A stretch of DNA of 64,000 nucleotides. Origin: Algoriphagus sp. Lineage in GTDB: Bacteria > Bacteroidota > Bacteroidia > Cytophagales > Cyclobacteriaceae. Below, in pieces: positions 19,689 to 29,957 of this stretch. The stretch is taken from contig JBBAKO010000014.1 in assembly GCA_040403475.1 (NCBI GenBank), positions 4,916 through 68,915 on the forward strand. The letters run 5' to 3'. The first letter of the stretch is position 1. Every line of letters starts with the position of its first letter. The notes beneath the pieces were generated by a model. It had not been told where the DNA came from and ran no database searches. It worked only from the letters and a program-made list of their open reading frames with translations. A program made the position numbers and the translations under genes.

Positions 19689-20936
19689 ATGAAACCAACC
19701 CTTGTAATCGGCGGTGGAATCGTCGGCTTATTTACGGCCTATTTCCTTCAAAAGGAAGGCATCGAAGTGACGGTCATTGACCGCACAGACCTTAAGGACA
19801 ATTGCTCCACCGGCAATGCCGGCATGATTGTGCCTAGCCATATCATCCCGCTTGCTGCACCTGGCATGATTTCCAAGGGAATCTCCTGGATGTTTTCCTC
19901 CAAAAGCCCTTTCTATATCCACCCCCGGATGGATTTTAAATTGGCCCAATGGTGTTTGCTTTTCTTCAAAGCAGCCACCCCCAGTCAAGTGACGAAAGCA
20001 ATCCCCTACCTCAAAAACATCAGTCTACTCAGCAAGGCCCTGTACCAGGAGTTTCGGCAAGAGCACCCGGACTCGTCCATGGCTTTGGTAGAAAAAGGGC
20101 TGATGATGGCCTACCAAACCGAATCCATGGAGAAGGAGGAGGTGGAATTTGCACATTTGGCTCGGAAATATGGACTTGAAGCAGAGATACTCAACCCCGA
20201 AGACCTCAAAAGAATAGAGCCGCATCTCCAGCTTAAGGCCCGAGGTGCAGTCCTTTTCCCTGGGGATGCCCACCTAGATCCCGGCGCACTTTACAGTTTC
20301 TTGAAAAAATACTTGGAACAAAAGGGAGTCACTTTTCTCACCGAGACCCAAGTGCTGGGCTTTGAAAAAGAGGGATCAAAGGTGGTCGCCGTACTCACGG
20401 ATAAAGGGAAGTTGGAAGCCGAAAAGATTCTCCTTTGCGGAGGTTCTTGGTCAGGGGAATTGGCAAAAATGCTGCAGTTCTCCCTTCCGATGATGGGCGG
20501 AAAAGGCTATTCCTTTATTCAAAAAAATAACCCCGAAATCCAACAAGCTACCATCCTTACCGAGCAAAAAGTGGCTGTAAGTCCCTACGGAGAAACAATC
20601 CGCTTTGGAGGCACCATGGAAATCGCCGGTACCAACGAATCCATCAATAAGAATCGAGTGAAAGGGATTTTTGAAGCCATTAACCGCTACTACCCCGACT
20701 TTCAAGCAAGTTTCCCCGAAGACCAGCAAATCTGGAAAGGCCTACGCCCTTGCTCCCCTGATGGGCTCCCGTACATCGGATTTGCGCCTGGATACAGCAA
20801 CGTACTGGTAGGCAGTGGGCACTCCATGATGGGGATTTCCTTGGCACCGGGCACAGGTAAAATCCTAGCGGAGCTACACCAACAAAAAGACACTTCCATG
20901 GAAATTAAGGGATTTGAGGTAGGGAGGTATAATTAA
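19689..20936 (+). CDS. FAD-dependent D-amino-acid dehydrogenase, probable D-hydroxyproline dehydrogenase
   Basis: IGGGIVG, STGNAG, GLRPCSPDGLP, GHSMMG; last gene of the hydroxyproline cluster. Confidence 0.88.
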   Translation: MKPTLVIGGGIVGLFTAYFLQKEGIEVTVIDRTDLKDNCSTGNAGMIVPSHIIPLAAPGMISKGISWMFSSKSPFYIHPRMDFKLAQWCLLFFKAATPSQVTKAIPYLKNISLLSKALYQEFRQEHPDSSMALVEKGLMMAYQTESMEKEEVEFAHLARKYGLEAEILNPEDLKRIEPHLQLKARGAVLFPGDAHLDPGALYSFLKKYLEQKGVTFLTETQVLGFEKEGSKVVAVLTDKGKLEAEKILLCGGSWSGELAKMLQFSLPMMGGKGYSFIQKNNPEIQQATILTEQKVAVSPYGETIRFGGTMEIAGTNESINKNRVKGIFEAINRYYPDFQASFPEDQQIWKGLRPCSPDGLPYIGFAPGYSNVLVGSGHSMMGISLAPGTGKILAELHQQKDTSMEIKGFEVGRYN

Positions 20937-20951
20937 AAATCAGATTCCAAA

Positions 20952-22106
20952 CTATCCTTGATGTTCACCAAACCCTAATTCTGCTTCAATTGTAACTGGA
21001 TTAATGACTTTCAATTCCACATTTGGATAGGCGTTTTTAAATGTGCTCGGAAACCGTACACTGGCCTTAGTACTCCATTTGCATTCAAATGCACACAAGT
21101 TCCCATCGACCTCTTCAATAAAATCTATTTCTTGTTGAGTGGTAGTCCTCCAGAAATAGAAGTTGGCAGCAACGCCTCTATTGGCTTGGTACTTCATCCG
21201 CTCAATTAAAAAATAATTTTCCCAAAGTGCCCCAACATCCGTTCGGTTAGCCAAGGGATTGAAGTTTCCCAAGATTGCATTCCGAATACCGCAATCAAAA
21301 AAATAAATCTTTTTCCCCTTTTTCAATTCAGTTCGGATATTTCGGTTGAAGGCCGAGACCCTGAAAATTACAAAAGCCTTTTCAAGCAAGTCAATGTATT
21401 TTTCGATTGTGTTTTTGTCTACCCCCACAAGCTGACCCAGCTCCAAATAGTTTACCTCACTCCCCAATTGTAGCGCAAGGGCCTTTAGTAATTTCTCTAA
21501 AATCAGCGGCTTTTTGATTTGCTCCAGCATCAAGAGGTCTTTGTATAAATAACTTCCTGCAAGAAGTTTTAATCGTTCTGCCTCCTCCCCTAGGTGAGTG
21601 ACGATTTCCGGGTAATACCCAAAAATTAGCCGATGTTCGAGTAGCCGCTTTTCCTGCAAAAGGCCGTGGTGTTGGACCATTTCGAAAAAGCTCAAAGGGT
21701 AAAGAAAAAATTCAAATTTTCTACCCGTTAAAGGTTCATTTAATGCATTTGCCAAATCAAATGAAGAGGAGCCTGTTGCGATTACCTGAACATCCTTGAG
21801 TTGGTCTACACAAATCTTAAGTATCAATCCTATCCCAGGAACCCGCTGGGCCTCATCAATAAACACTAATTTATGCTCCCCAAAAAGCAGCTTTAATCGA
21901 ACAGAATTGGATGTGCTCAACTCAATTCGCGTGTCTAACTCGTCCCCATTCAAATAAAAAAAGGGCTGCCCAAGCATCTTTAGCAAATTTTCTGCAAGCG
22001 TACTTTTTCCAACCTGCCTAGGTCCAAAAATGAGTAGTACTTTTCCCTTAAATAGACTTGTCTCTATTTTTTTGGCAAGAAATCGCTCAATTAGTCCCAC
22101 TTCCAT
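20952..22106 (-). CDS. AAA_14 ATPase with DUF4143 domain
   Basis: GPRQVGKST Walker A, FIDEAQ Walker B, ATGSS, LTGRK, KIYFFDCG, EIDF..FECK. Confidence 0.9.
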   Translation of the reverse strand: MEVGLIERFLAKKIETSLFKGKVLLIFGPRQVGKSTLAENLLKMLGQPFFYLNGDELDTRIELSTSNSVRLKLLFGEHKLVFIDEAQRVPGIGLILKICVDQLKDVQVIATGSSSFDLANALNEPLTGRKFEFFLYPLSFFEMVQHHGLLQEKRLLEHRLIFGYYPEIVTHLGEEAERLKLLAGSYLYKDLLMLEQIKKPLILEKLLKALALQLGSEVNYLELGQLVGVDKNTIEKYIDLLEKAFVIFRVSAFNRNIRTELKKGKKIYFFDCGIRNAILGNFNPLANRTDVGALWENYFLIERMKYQANRGVAANFYFWRTTTQQEIDFIEEVDGNLCAFECKWSTKASVRFPSTFKNAYPNVELKVINPVTIEAELGFGEHQG

Positions 22107-22115
22107 AGCCTATCC

Positions 22116-22228
22116 TTTGTGAATTAAATTTCATCAATTCACAAATATTATATGTTTTTTGTGAATCAATTCACAAATATCGTATATTTTTCGTGAATCA
22201 ATTCACAAATATCATGTGTTTTTTGTGC
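22116..22228. promoter_or_regulatory. 32-bp-period direct repeats containing the palindrome TTTGTGAAT-CA-ATTCACAAA
   Basis: ATCAATTCACAAATAT at 22133, 22165 and 22197, directly upstream of the ATPase start codon. Confidence 0.7.
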
Positions 22229-22354
22229 ATTGGACTTAATTTAGTTCGCAGATGAGCTGCTTAACTCGTTTTAATCACCAAAAACCGCTATAAAAAATAC
22301 CTGAAAAAGAGGGTGAGGCAGCAGAAATTGCCCTAGAAAACCTACTTTTAGCCC

Positions 22355-22945
22355 ATGAAGCAATTCTTTTCCCTGGCATTATTAGTCTTGACTTGCGCGG
22401 CTTGTGAAAGCACCTGGCTTCCAAAGCCTCCAGGATACAACCGCATTGAGTTGCCACGCCACGAATACCAAAGACTAGAACAAGGATATCCCTATCAATT
22501 GGATTTTTCAACCCACAGCAGGGTGGAAGCGGATTCGTTCAACTTAGGCGAAAAAGAGTGGATCAACTTGAATTACAAAGAGTTTGGAGCCAAGGTACAT
22601 TTGACCTACAAAAAGATTGACCAAAGCACAGATTTCAAAACATTATCCAATGATGCTTTTAACCTTACTGCAAAGCACCAGATCAAGGCTTATGGAATTG
22701 AAGAAGCGATTTTACTTACCCCAAATGGCTATGTGGCAGTAGTCGCGGAACTATCAGGAGAGGTTCCCACACAATTTCAATTTTTTGTAACCGACTCCAC
22801 CTCCAACTTCCTTCGAGGAGCAGTTTACTTCAATTCCGCTCTCAAAAACGACTCCTTGGCCCCGATTATTGAATACATCAAGCTAGACATGGCCCATCTC
22901 ATCAATTCGGTCAACTTTGGAAAGAAGGCCGAAATCAAAAAGTAA
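22355..22945 (+). CDS. gldD: Gliding motility lipoprotein GldD
   Basis: Lipobox, PKPPGYNRI, KHQIKA, QFFVTDSTSNFLRGAVYF, NDSLAP. Confidence 0.92.
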   Translation: MKQFFSLALLVLTCAACESTWLPKPPGYNRIELPRHEYQRLEQGYPYQLDFSTHSRVEADSFNLGEKEWINLNYKEFGAKVHLTYKKIDQSTDFKTLSNDAFNLTAKHQIKAYGIEEAILLTPNGYVAVVAELSGEVPTQFQFFVTDSTSNFLRGAVYFNSALKNDSLAPIIEYIKLDMAHLINSVNFGKKAEIKK

Positions 22946-22965
22946 GTTGGCAAGATATACAACAA

Positions 22966-23002
22966 TTCCCTCCACGAGTCCAGCTAGGACAAGTGGAGGG
23001 AA
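22966..23002. terminator. Hairpin between the convergent gldD and symporter genes
   Basis: TTCCCTCCAC...GTGGAGGGAA inverted repeat. Confidence 0.55.
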
Positions 23003-23026
23003 CTGAAAGCAATGCCAATGAAGTTC

Positions 23027-24805
23027 TTAGGAATTTAATTTTTTCCAGGAAAAGAGAATAAACAAACCTCCTGCCACAGCAATAGCTCCTGCAATCACCC
23101 CTTGGGCGGTCTCTCCATAGATGAAAAATCCAGTTGAAAACAGGGCTGCATATACCATGACAGTCCCCACCAACATCAACCCAATTTCCATTCCCAGTCT
23201 GCCTTTTTCTTGTTTCTCAGCAGGGTATCGATCCAATACTTTTTTCCATCCCAACGAAGCAGGTTGAACTTTTCGGTAAAAAGAAAGCAAGACCTCGTCT
23301 TTTTCGGGTTGGGTCAGGAAGGTCACAAGTACCCAGCCTACCGTAGTGATGGATACGGAATAGACTAGCTTCAGGTAGGATTGTGCTTCCGGAATGTCAA
23401 TCCAGCCCACCTTGGGATTGATGACTTCAAAGAAAATCGCAACAGCAAATGAGATGGCCATGGCAGAGATTTCCGTATAGGCATTGATCCTCCACCAGAA
23501 CCAACGAAGAATAAATATCAAGCCTGTACCAGCACCAATTTGAAGCAAAATCGCAAAAGCAGACAAGGCCGAGGACAGGGCCAAGGCCAAAAAGCTAGAC
23601 AACACCATCAAGACTACGGTAGAAATTCTTCCTACAGCTACCAACTCCTTATCACTTGCTTCAGGCTTTAAAAAACGCAGGTAGAAATCATTCACTATGT
23701 AGCTCGATCCCCAGTTGAGGTGAGTAGATAGCGTAGACATCACTGCTGCGATCAAGGAAGCAAGCACGATCCCTACCATTCCTGTGGGCAAGAAGGTTAG
23801 CATCGCAGGATAGGCCAAATCATCGCCTAACTTGTCCGCAGGAATATGAGGAAATGCCAATTGTAAATCATTTACCGTTGGGAATACCACCAGGGAAGCT
23901 AGGGCAACAATGATCCAAGGCCAAGGGCGTAAGGCATAGTGTGCAATGTTGAAAAACAGGGTAGCCCCGATCGCATTTTTCTCATCCTTAGCCGAAAGCA
24001 TGCGCTGGGCAATGTATCCTCCTCCGCCTGGCTCTGCTCCTGGATACCAGGTAGCCCACCATTGGATGGCAATGGGCATGATAAAAAGCGGAATATAAAC
24101 ATTCGGATTGGTGAAATCCGGCACAAAATCCAACTTGGTAGCGACTACTTCATGGCTCAATAGCTGCTGCAAAGACCCGATTTCTGGCAATTCCAACACG
24201 TAATATGCGGCTCCAAAGGAACCAATCATCGCAATGAAAAATTGAAAAAAGTCTGTGAGCAACACCCCCTTGAGTCCTCCAAAAGAGGAGTAAACCACGG
24301 TGACCACCGAGGCAATCAATAAGGTTTGAACAGGCGAAAGACCCAACATTACCCCACCGATCTTAATGGCTGCCAAGGACACCGTTGCCATGATGACCAC
24401 GTTGAAGAATACGCCTAGGTAAATGGCGCGGAACGCACGCAAAAAAGCAGCTCCCTTACCGGAATACCTCATTTCGTAAAACTCTAAATCAGTGGTCGAC
24501 TCAGATCGCCGCCACAACTTGGCATAGACAAATACAGTCAGCATGCCCGTAAGCAAAAATGCCCACCAAGCCCAGTTCCCTGCAACACCATCCTTTCGGA
24601 CCATATCCGTAACTAGGTTTGGCGTGTCGGCCGAAAAGGTAGTTGCCACCATGGAAACGCCCAAAAGCCACCAGGGCATGTTGCGTCCAGAAAGAAAAAA
24701 TTCCTTTGCGGAACTACCTGCTGATTTGGCCGATGCGAGGCCAATCACCAAGGAAATAACGAAAAAAGCGGCAATGATGCCCCAATCTAAGGCAGTAACA
24801 TTCAT
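23027..24805 (-). CDS. Sodium:solute symporter family protein
   Basis: FFLSGRNMPWW, SMVATTFSADTP, many TM helices, AAVMSTLST. Start taken as ATG 24805. Confidence 0.92.
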   Translation of the reverse strand: MNVTALDWGIIAAFFVISLVIGLASAKSAGSSAKEFFLSGRNMPWWLLGVSMVATTFSADTPNLVTDMVRKDGVAGNWAWWAFLLTGMLTVFVYAKLWRRSESTTDLEFYEMRYSGKGAAFLRAFRAIYLGVFFNVVIMATVSLAAIKIGGVMLGLSPVQTLLIASVVTVVYSSFGGLKGVLLTDFFQFFIAMIGSFGAAYYVLELPEIGSLQQLLSHEVVATKLDFVPDFTNPNVYIPLFIMPIAIQWWATWYPGAEPGGGGYIAQRMLSAKDEKNAIGATLFFNIAHYALRPWPWIIVALASLVVFPTVNDLQLAFPHIPADKLGDDLAYPAMLTFLPTGMVGIVLASLIAAVMSTLSTHLNWGSSYIVNDFYLRFLKPEASDKELVAVGRISTVVLMVLSSFLALALSSALSAFAILLQIGAGTGLIFILRWFWWRINAYTEISAMAISFAVAIFFEVINPKVGWIDIPEAQSYLKLVYSVSITTVGWVLVTFLTQPEKDEVLLSFYRKVQPASLGWKKVLDRYPAEKQEKGRLGMEIGLMLVGTVMVYAALFSTGFFIYGETAQGVIAGAIAVAGGLFILFSWKKLNS

Positions 24806-25008
24806 AGGATCTTGGGTTAATTGATGGACCAATAAACAAAAAATTATTTAGTTAAGGCCAATCCCTTTTTTGATTTTTTTTAGAAAGATTGCTAGTTCCT
24901 AACCTGAAAGAACCCCTAGCTCGCTCAAAAACAAGTTCTTGACCTCCCAAAGTCTTGGGGCAGATTCTGGATCCTGTATTTACAAGAAGAAATTTCTATT
25001 TTCGAACC

Positions 25009-26073
25009 ATGTTTGATGCGCTAGCTACCGCCCTCACCCAGGCATACCGCCAGTTTACCGATGCTCCCCTGACGATTCGTCCATTTGGTGAAGGACTAAT
25101 TCACGAGACACTTTTAGTCAGTCAACTCGATAAAAAATGGATCCTGCAGGGCTTCAATGATTCCGTTTTCCGCTTCCCCGAGCGCATCGACCATAACCTC
25201 GGCTTACTTTCAAAGCATGCGGCCATCCATCCCCTGCCCTTCCAGCTTCCCCTTCCGCTGCGCAATAGTAACGGCAGTGGGCTAACCGCTATCCAAGGAA
25301 AAAAATACCGCCTCTTTGATTTTGTCGATGGCAGCACCTTGCAACAGGTACAGCATCCTGCCCAAGCACGAATGGCTGCTCAGGCCTATGGAAAGTTTGC
25401 CTACTGGAGCCAGCAACTGTCAGCAGAAGGATTTGAAGAGACCATCCCCAATTTTCATCGGCTGGATCTTCGATTTGCACGACTTCAAGAAGTAGCCAAA
25501 CAGCTTCCCAATATCCCAGAAGAGGAGCAAGCGCTTCTCCAAGGGTATTTGGAGCAGCTGCCTTTGGTGAATTGGTACCAGGAGCAACGCAAGCATCTCC
25601 CGCTCCGGGTTACCCACAGCGACACCAAAATCAACAACCTGATTTTTTCGAAGACACTCAGCCAAGTAGAAGCAGTGGTGGACTTAGATACGGTGATGGG
25701 AGGCTACCTGATGTATGATTTTGGAGATCTCGTACGAACAGTAGCCTGCAGCCTGCCGGAAACGGCCACCGATTGGAATCAAATTCAAGAACTCCCAGAA
25801 CTGTTTGAAGAGCTCCTTTCGGGCTACCTAGAAGGATTAAATGGAGCAAATACACCATTGGAAGCGGAATCGCTGCTCCTAGGTGGAGAAATCATGACCC
25901 TGATCATGGGACTAAGATTCCTTACCGATCACCTCGAAGGCAATGTCTACTACCGCGTCAGCTACCCCCTTCAAAACCTACACCGAGCTAAAAATCAATT
26001 GGCCCTCCTCCAGAGCCAACACGGACATCGCGTTCGCTTCGCCAACTTTGCTGCATCACTTCAAAAACGATAA
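25009..26073 (+). CDS. Aminoglycoside-phosphotransferase-fold sugar kinase (N-acetylhexosamine 1-kinase-like)
   Basis: GEGLIHET, ETIPNFH, RVTHSDTKINN, VDLDTVM, DFGDLVRT, RFLTDHL..YY. Confidence 0.82.
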   Translation: MFDALATALTQAYRQFTDAPLTIRPFGEGLIHETLLVSQLDKKWILQGFNDSVFRFPERIDHNLGLLSKHAAIHPLPFQLPLPLRNSNGSGLTAIQGKKYRLFDFVDGSTLQQVQHPAQARMAAQAYGKFAYWSQQLSAEGFEETIPNFHRLDLRFARLQEVAKQLPNIPEEEQALLQGYLEQLPLVNWYQEQRKHLPLRVTHSDTKINNLIFSKTLSQVEAVVDLDTVMGGYLMYDFGDLVRTVACSLPETATDWNQIQELPELFEELLSGYLEGLNGANTPLEAESLLLGGEIMTLIMGLRFLTDHLEGNVYYRVSYPLQNLHRAKNQLALLQSQHGHRVRFANFAASLQKR

Positions 26074-26177
26074 TTCGAAGAAGTAGCAAGCACTTGCCTT
26101 TACCTGACAATTTCCTGCAAACCCTTGGCAAAATTCAACGGTCTGCGGTAACTTGCTCTACCCATAAACCGAAGCCC

Positions 26178-28271
26178 TTGTCTACCATCTTTGAAACCCG
26201 CATCGAATACCTCAAGGGGGTTGGCCCACAGAAGGCTGAACTGCTAAACAAGGAGCTGGGCATATTCACCTACGGGGACCTGCTGCAGCACTACCCTTTT
26301 CGCTACGAGGACCGAAGTACTTTTTTAAAAATCAAAGACCTCCACGAGAAGCTAGAGCATGTCCAAGTGATGGCACGAATCAAGAGCATTGACTTGGTCG
26401 GCATGGGCACCAAAAAAAGGTTGGTGGCCGTGGTGGTGGATGATACAGGGGAAATGGAGATGACCTGGTTCAAAGGCATCACCTGGGTACTCAAAAGACT
26501 ACCACTAGGCGGCTCCTTTATCTTTTTGGGTAAGCCCGCACTTTTTGGACGCAAATGGAGCATGGCTCACCCGGAGATGGAACCCATTGCGGCAGCCAAC
26601 GAGGCCCGCAACAAATTTCAACCGGTCTACTCAACCACAGAGAAACTCAAGGTTCGATATCTAGATTCTAGGGGCATCTCCCGCATTCTAGAGCAGCTGC
26701 TTCCGCTCGTCTATCCACAAATTCAAGAGACCTTGTCTCCCGGGATACTGGACCAGTACCGCCTCATGGGTAAAAAGGAAGCCATCCGCCAAATTCACTT
26801 TCCCAGCAGCCCTGAGGGCCTTTCCCAGGCTCGCAAGCGCTTGAAATTTGAAGAATTTTTTTACCTGCAATTGCGACTGCTTACCCTGAAAGTCACACGA
26901 ACCGAAAAGTCCCGAGGACAAGTCCTGGGTTCCACTCAGCTGCTTACCGGTTTTTATACGCAGCACCTTCCCTTCCAACTCACAAACGCTCAAAAGCGTG
27001 TGATTCGGGAGATTTTTGAAGACATGAAGTCGGGTAAGCAGATGAACCGGCTGATTCAAGGGGATGTGGGAAGTGGAAAAACAATGGTTGCCTTTATCAG
27101 CATGCTGCTTGCCATTGGCTCAGGGGCACAAACTTGCTTGATGGCACCTACAGAGATCCTTGCCAATCAACACTACGAAGGCTTGCGCCATTATGCTGAC
27201 TCCATGGGTCTCCAGATTGCCTTACTTACAGGCTCCACCAAAAAGGCCGCTCGAAAAGTCTTACATGAAGCCCTGCAATCCGGAGAATTGGCACTCCTGG
27301 TGGGCACGCATGCACTCCTTGAAGAAGTAGTTCAATTTAAAAATTTAGGGTTGGCAATAGTCGACGAGCAGCATAGATTTGGCGTAGCACAGCGCGCGAA
27401 GTTATGGGCCAAAAATGAGCAGTACCAACCCCATGTGCTTGTCATGACTGCCACTCCGATTCCACGAACTCTGGCGATGAGCCTCTACGGGGATTTGGAT
27501 GTGTCTGTTATAGACGAACTTCCAGCAGGCAGAAAACCCATCCAAACAATCCACCGCTACGACAAAGACAGGCTGAAGGTCTTTGGCTTTATGCAGGAGG
27601 AAATAAAAAAAGGGAGGCAGGTATATATCGTCTATCCTTTGATCGAAGAGTCCCAAAGTTTGGATCTTAAAAACCTGATGGATGGTTACGAAAGCATTGC
27701 GAGGGCTTTTCCACAGGTACCTTTGAGTATCATTCATGGCGGCATGAAAGCCGATGCCAAAGACTACGAAATGCAGCGTTTTGTAAAAGGGGAAACGAAG
27801 ATCATGGTGGCAACTACCGTCATCGAAGTGGGTGTGAATGTACCCAACGCTTCGGTGATGATTATTGAAAATGCAGAACGATTTGGCCTATCCCAACTCC
27901 ATCAACTTCGTGGGCGAGTGGGTCGAGGTGCCGAACAGAGTTACTGCATCTTGATGAGCAAGGTGGAGCTCGGTCGAGATTCCCGCATTCGCTTGGACAC
28001 CTTGGTACGCACCAACGATGGATTTGAAATCGCAGACGTGGATCTACGGCTTCGAGGACCTGGCGACCTCATGGGCACCCAGCAAAGCGGAATTACTGAC
28101 CTTCTGATTGCCGACTTGAGTAAGGATGCACCGCTACTGACTTTGGCGCGAGATGCAGCCCAGCAAGTGTTGGCAACCGATCCTAACTTGGAGGACCCCC
28201 AGCATTTCCCAATCCTTCGTCAGGTTCGCCAACAAAAAAATACGGCCGTCAACTGGAGCCGAATCAGCTAA
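26178..28271 (+). CDS. recG: ATP-dependent DNA helicase RecG
   Basis: LKGVGP, QGDVGSGKT, DEQHRFGV, TATPIPRTL, QLRGRVGRG. Start probably TTG 26178; the ORF extends upstream to 26094. Confidence 0.97.
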   Translation: MSTIFETRIEYLKGVGPQKAELLNKELGIFTYGDLLQHYPFRYEDRSTFLKIKDLHEKLEHVQVMARIKSIDLVGMGTKKRLVAVVVDDTGEMEMTWFKGITWVLKRLPLGGSFIFLGKPALFGRKWSMAHPEMEPIAAANEARNKFQPVYSTTEKLKVRYLDSRGISRILEQLLPLVYPQIQETLSPGILDQYRLMGKKEAIRQIHFPSSPEGLSQARKRLKFEEFFYLQLRLLTLKVTRTEKSRGQVLGSTQLLTGFYTQHLPFQLTNAQKRVIREIFEDMKSGKQMNRLIQGDVGSGKTMVAFISMLLAIGSGAQTCLMAPTEILANQHYEGLRHYADSMGLQIALLTGSTKKAARKVLHEALQSGELALLVGTHALLEEVVQFKNLGLAIVDEQHRFGVAQRAKLWAKNEQYQPHVLVMTATPIPRTLAMSLYGDLDVSVIDELPAGRKPIQTIHRYDKDRLKVFGFMQEEIKKGRQVYIVYPLIEESQSLDLKNLMDGYESIARAFPQVPLSIIHGGMKADAKDYEMQRFVKGETKIMVATTVIEVGVNVPNASVMIIENAERFGLSQLHQLRGRVGRGAEQSYCILMSKVELGRDSRIRLDTLVRTNDGFEIADVDLRLRGPGDLMGTQQSGITDLLIADLSKDAPLLTLARDAAQQVLATDPNLEDPQHFPILRQVRQQKNTAVNWSRIS

Positions 28272-28283
28272 ACTTAAAACTTT

Positions 28284-28607
28284 TTATTTTTTTCGGTTAA
28301 AAATTCTCCCAATTCGCTGCACCAATTGCTTTTCCTTTTCCCAAAAAAAGCGGAACTGCCCAAAAATAAAGCCATAGATCAAGAGCATAATTTGGTACAA
28401 GGGCAGCACCAGGAGTAAATATGCAAGGGTATTCATAAACCCTCCTCCTCTTTCGATGCCAAAAAAAGCAAGGATCGGATTCTTAATCAACAAGATGGTA
28501 GTTCCAGTACAGGCAAACACAAGCAAGACCAAGAGCACTTGGGTCAGGCTTTTCAGCTGCCATTTTGTTTGTAATCGTTGTAGAAAACCAGGTTTGGGCT
28601 GAGTCAT
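28284..28607 (-). CDS. Membrane protein (DUF6787-like)
   Basis: Two TM segments, VFACTG, PLYQ..GFIFGQFRFFW. Confidence 0.7.
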   Translation of the reverse strand: MTQPKPGFLQRLQTKWQLKSLTQVLLVLLVFACTGTTILLIKNPILAFFGIERGGGFMNTLAYLLLVLPLYQIMLLIYGFIFGQFRFFWEKEKQLVQRIGRIFNRKK

Positions 28608-28619
28608 TTTTCTAGCAAA

Positions 28620-29939
28620 TTACCAAGTAAATACGCCTTCATTGAGGCTTTTGAGTGCCTGCACCTTGTGCTGTGCATCTACCAAGATGGATACATTGTG
28701 TTTGCTGCCCCCAAAAGACACCATACGAATCGGAATGTCCACTAAAGAATCCATGACGGCGCTGATTGAACCCTTGGTTTCTGCAACTTGATTCCCCACC
28801 ACACAGATAATGGCTTGGTTTGGATCCACTTCCACCGTTCCAAAGCGCCGCAACTCTTCGACAATCTGATCCAAATGGCTCAAGTCATCAATGGTCACCG
28901 ATACAGCCACTTCCGAGGTAGTAATCATGTCGATCGGAGTCTTAAAGGCTTCAAAGACCTCAAAAATCCGTCGCAAAAATCCATAAGCCAAGAGCATGCG
29001 GCTGGACTTAATGTTGATGGCAGTAATCCCATCCTTGGCAGCAATGGCTTTTACCCCCGTTTCGGCTACCTCTGCCTTGATCAGGGTACCTGCCGCAGCA
29101 GGATCCATGGTATTCAGCAGTCTGACAGGCACATTATGCAATTGCGCAGGCCAGATGGAAGCTGGGTGTAGGATTTTGGCTCCAAAGTAGGCCAACTCAG
29201 CTGCTTCGTCAAAGGAGAGCTCGGCAATGGGACGCGTTCGGTCCACCACCCGTGGGTCGTTGTTGTGCATGCCATCAATGTCGGTCCAAATCTCGCAAAC
29301 AGAGGCCTGCACTGCCGCAGCCACTAGAGAAGCCGTGTAATCACTTCCTCCACGCTTTAGGTTGTCTACCTCGCCACGGTGATTTTTACAGATATAGCCT
29401 TGGGTAATGAAGAGGCGCTGATCAGGATGCTGACTCAATTGAGCTTTCAAGCGCTCCGAAATTTTCCCTAGCTCCGGCTCGGAGTTTTCATCGATGCTCA
29501 TAAAATCCAATGCCGGTAGCAATACCGAAGAAACCCCCAACTCTTCCAAAAGCGTATGAAAAAGCTTGGTCGATAGCAGTTCCCCTTGAGCTAGTATGTC
29601 TCGTTGAATTGCTTCGTTGAAGGAGATTTTGAGTAGGATATTGAGAAATTCAAAATGCTCTTTTAGAATGTCCTCCGCTTTGGTTCTTGCGGCAGGGCTT
29701 TTCAAAAGTTCAGGATAGAAGTTCAAATAATGGGCATGTAGGCTGTCAATTCGCTCCTTAGCGAGGACCTTATCGGCAGCAGCCAAGGCTTCGCCGATAC
29801 CCACTAGGGCATTGGTGGTACCGGATAGGGCAGAAAGGACCACTAGGGTTGGTTCAGTGCTTCGCGTAATCAAGTCTTTGACTTGATGCATGCGCTCGGG
29901 ACGTCCTACGGAGGTCCCTCCAAACTTCATTATTTTCAC
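28620..29939 (-). CDS. lysC: Aspartate kinase
   Basis: MKFGGTSVG, RGGSDYTA, WTDIDG, EAAELAYFGAKILHP, C-terminal ACT domains. Confidence 0.95.
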   Translation of the reverse strand: MKIMKFGGTSVGRPERMHQVKDLITRSTEPTLVVLSALSGTTNALVGIGEALAAADKVLAKERIDSLHAHYLNFYPELLKSPAARTKAEDILKEHFEFLNILLKISFNEAIQRDILAQGELLSTKLFHTLLEELGVSSVLLPALDFMSIDENSEPELGKISERLKAQLSQHPDQRLFITQGYICKNHRGEVDNLKRGGSDYTASLVAAAVQASVCEIWTDIDGMHNNDPRVVDRTRPIAELSFDEAAELAYFGAKILHPASIWPAQLHNVPVRLLNTMDPAAAGTLIKAEVAETGVKAIAAKDGITAINIKSSRMLLAYGFLRRIFEVFEAFKTPIDMITTSEVAVSVTIDDLSHLDQIVEELRRFGTVEVDPNQAIICVVGNQVAETKGSISAVMDSLVDIPIRMVSFGGSKHNVSILVDAQHKVQALKSLNEGVFTW

Positions 29940-29957
29940 TTGTAAATAGGGTATAGG

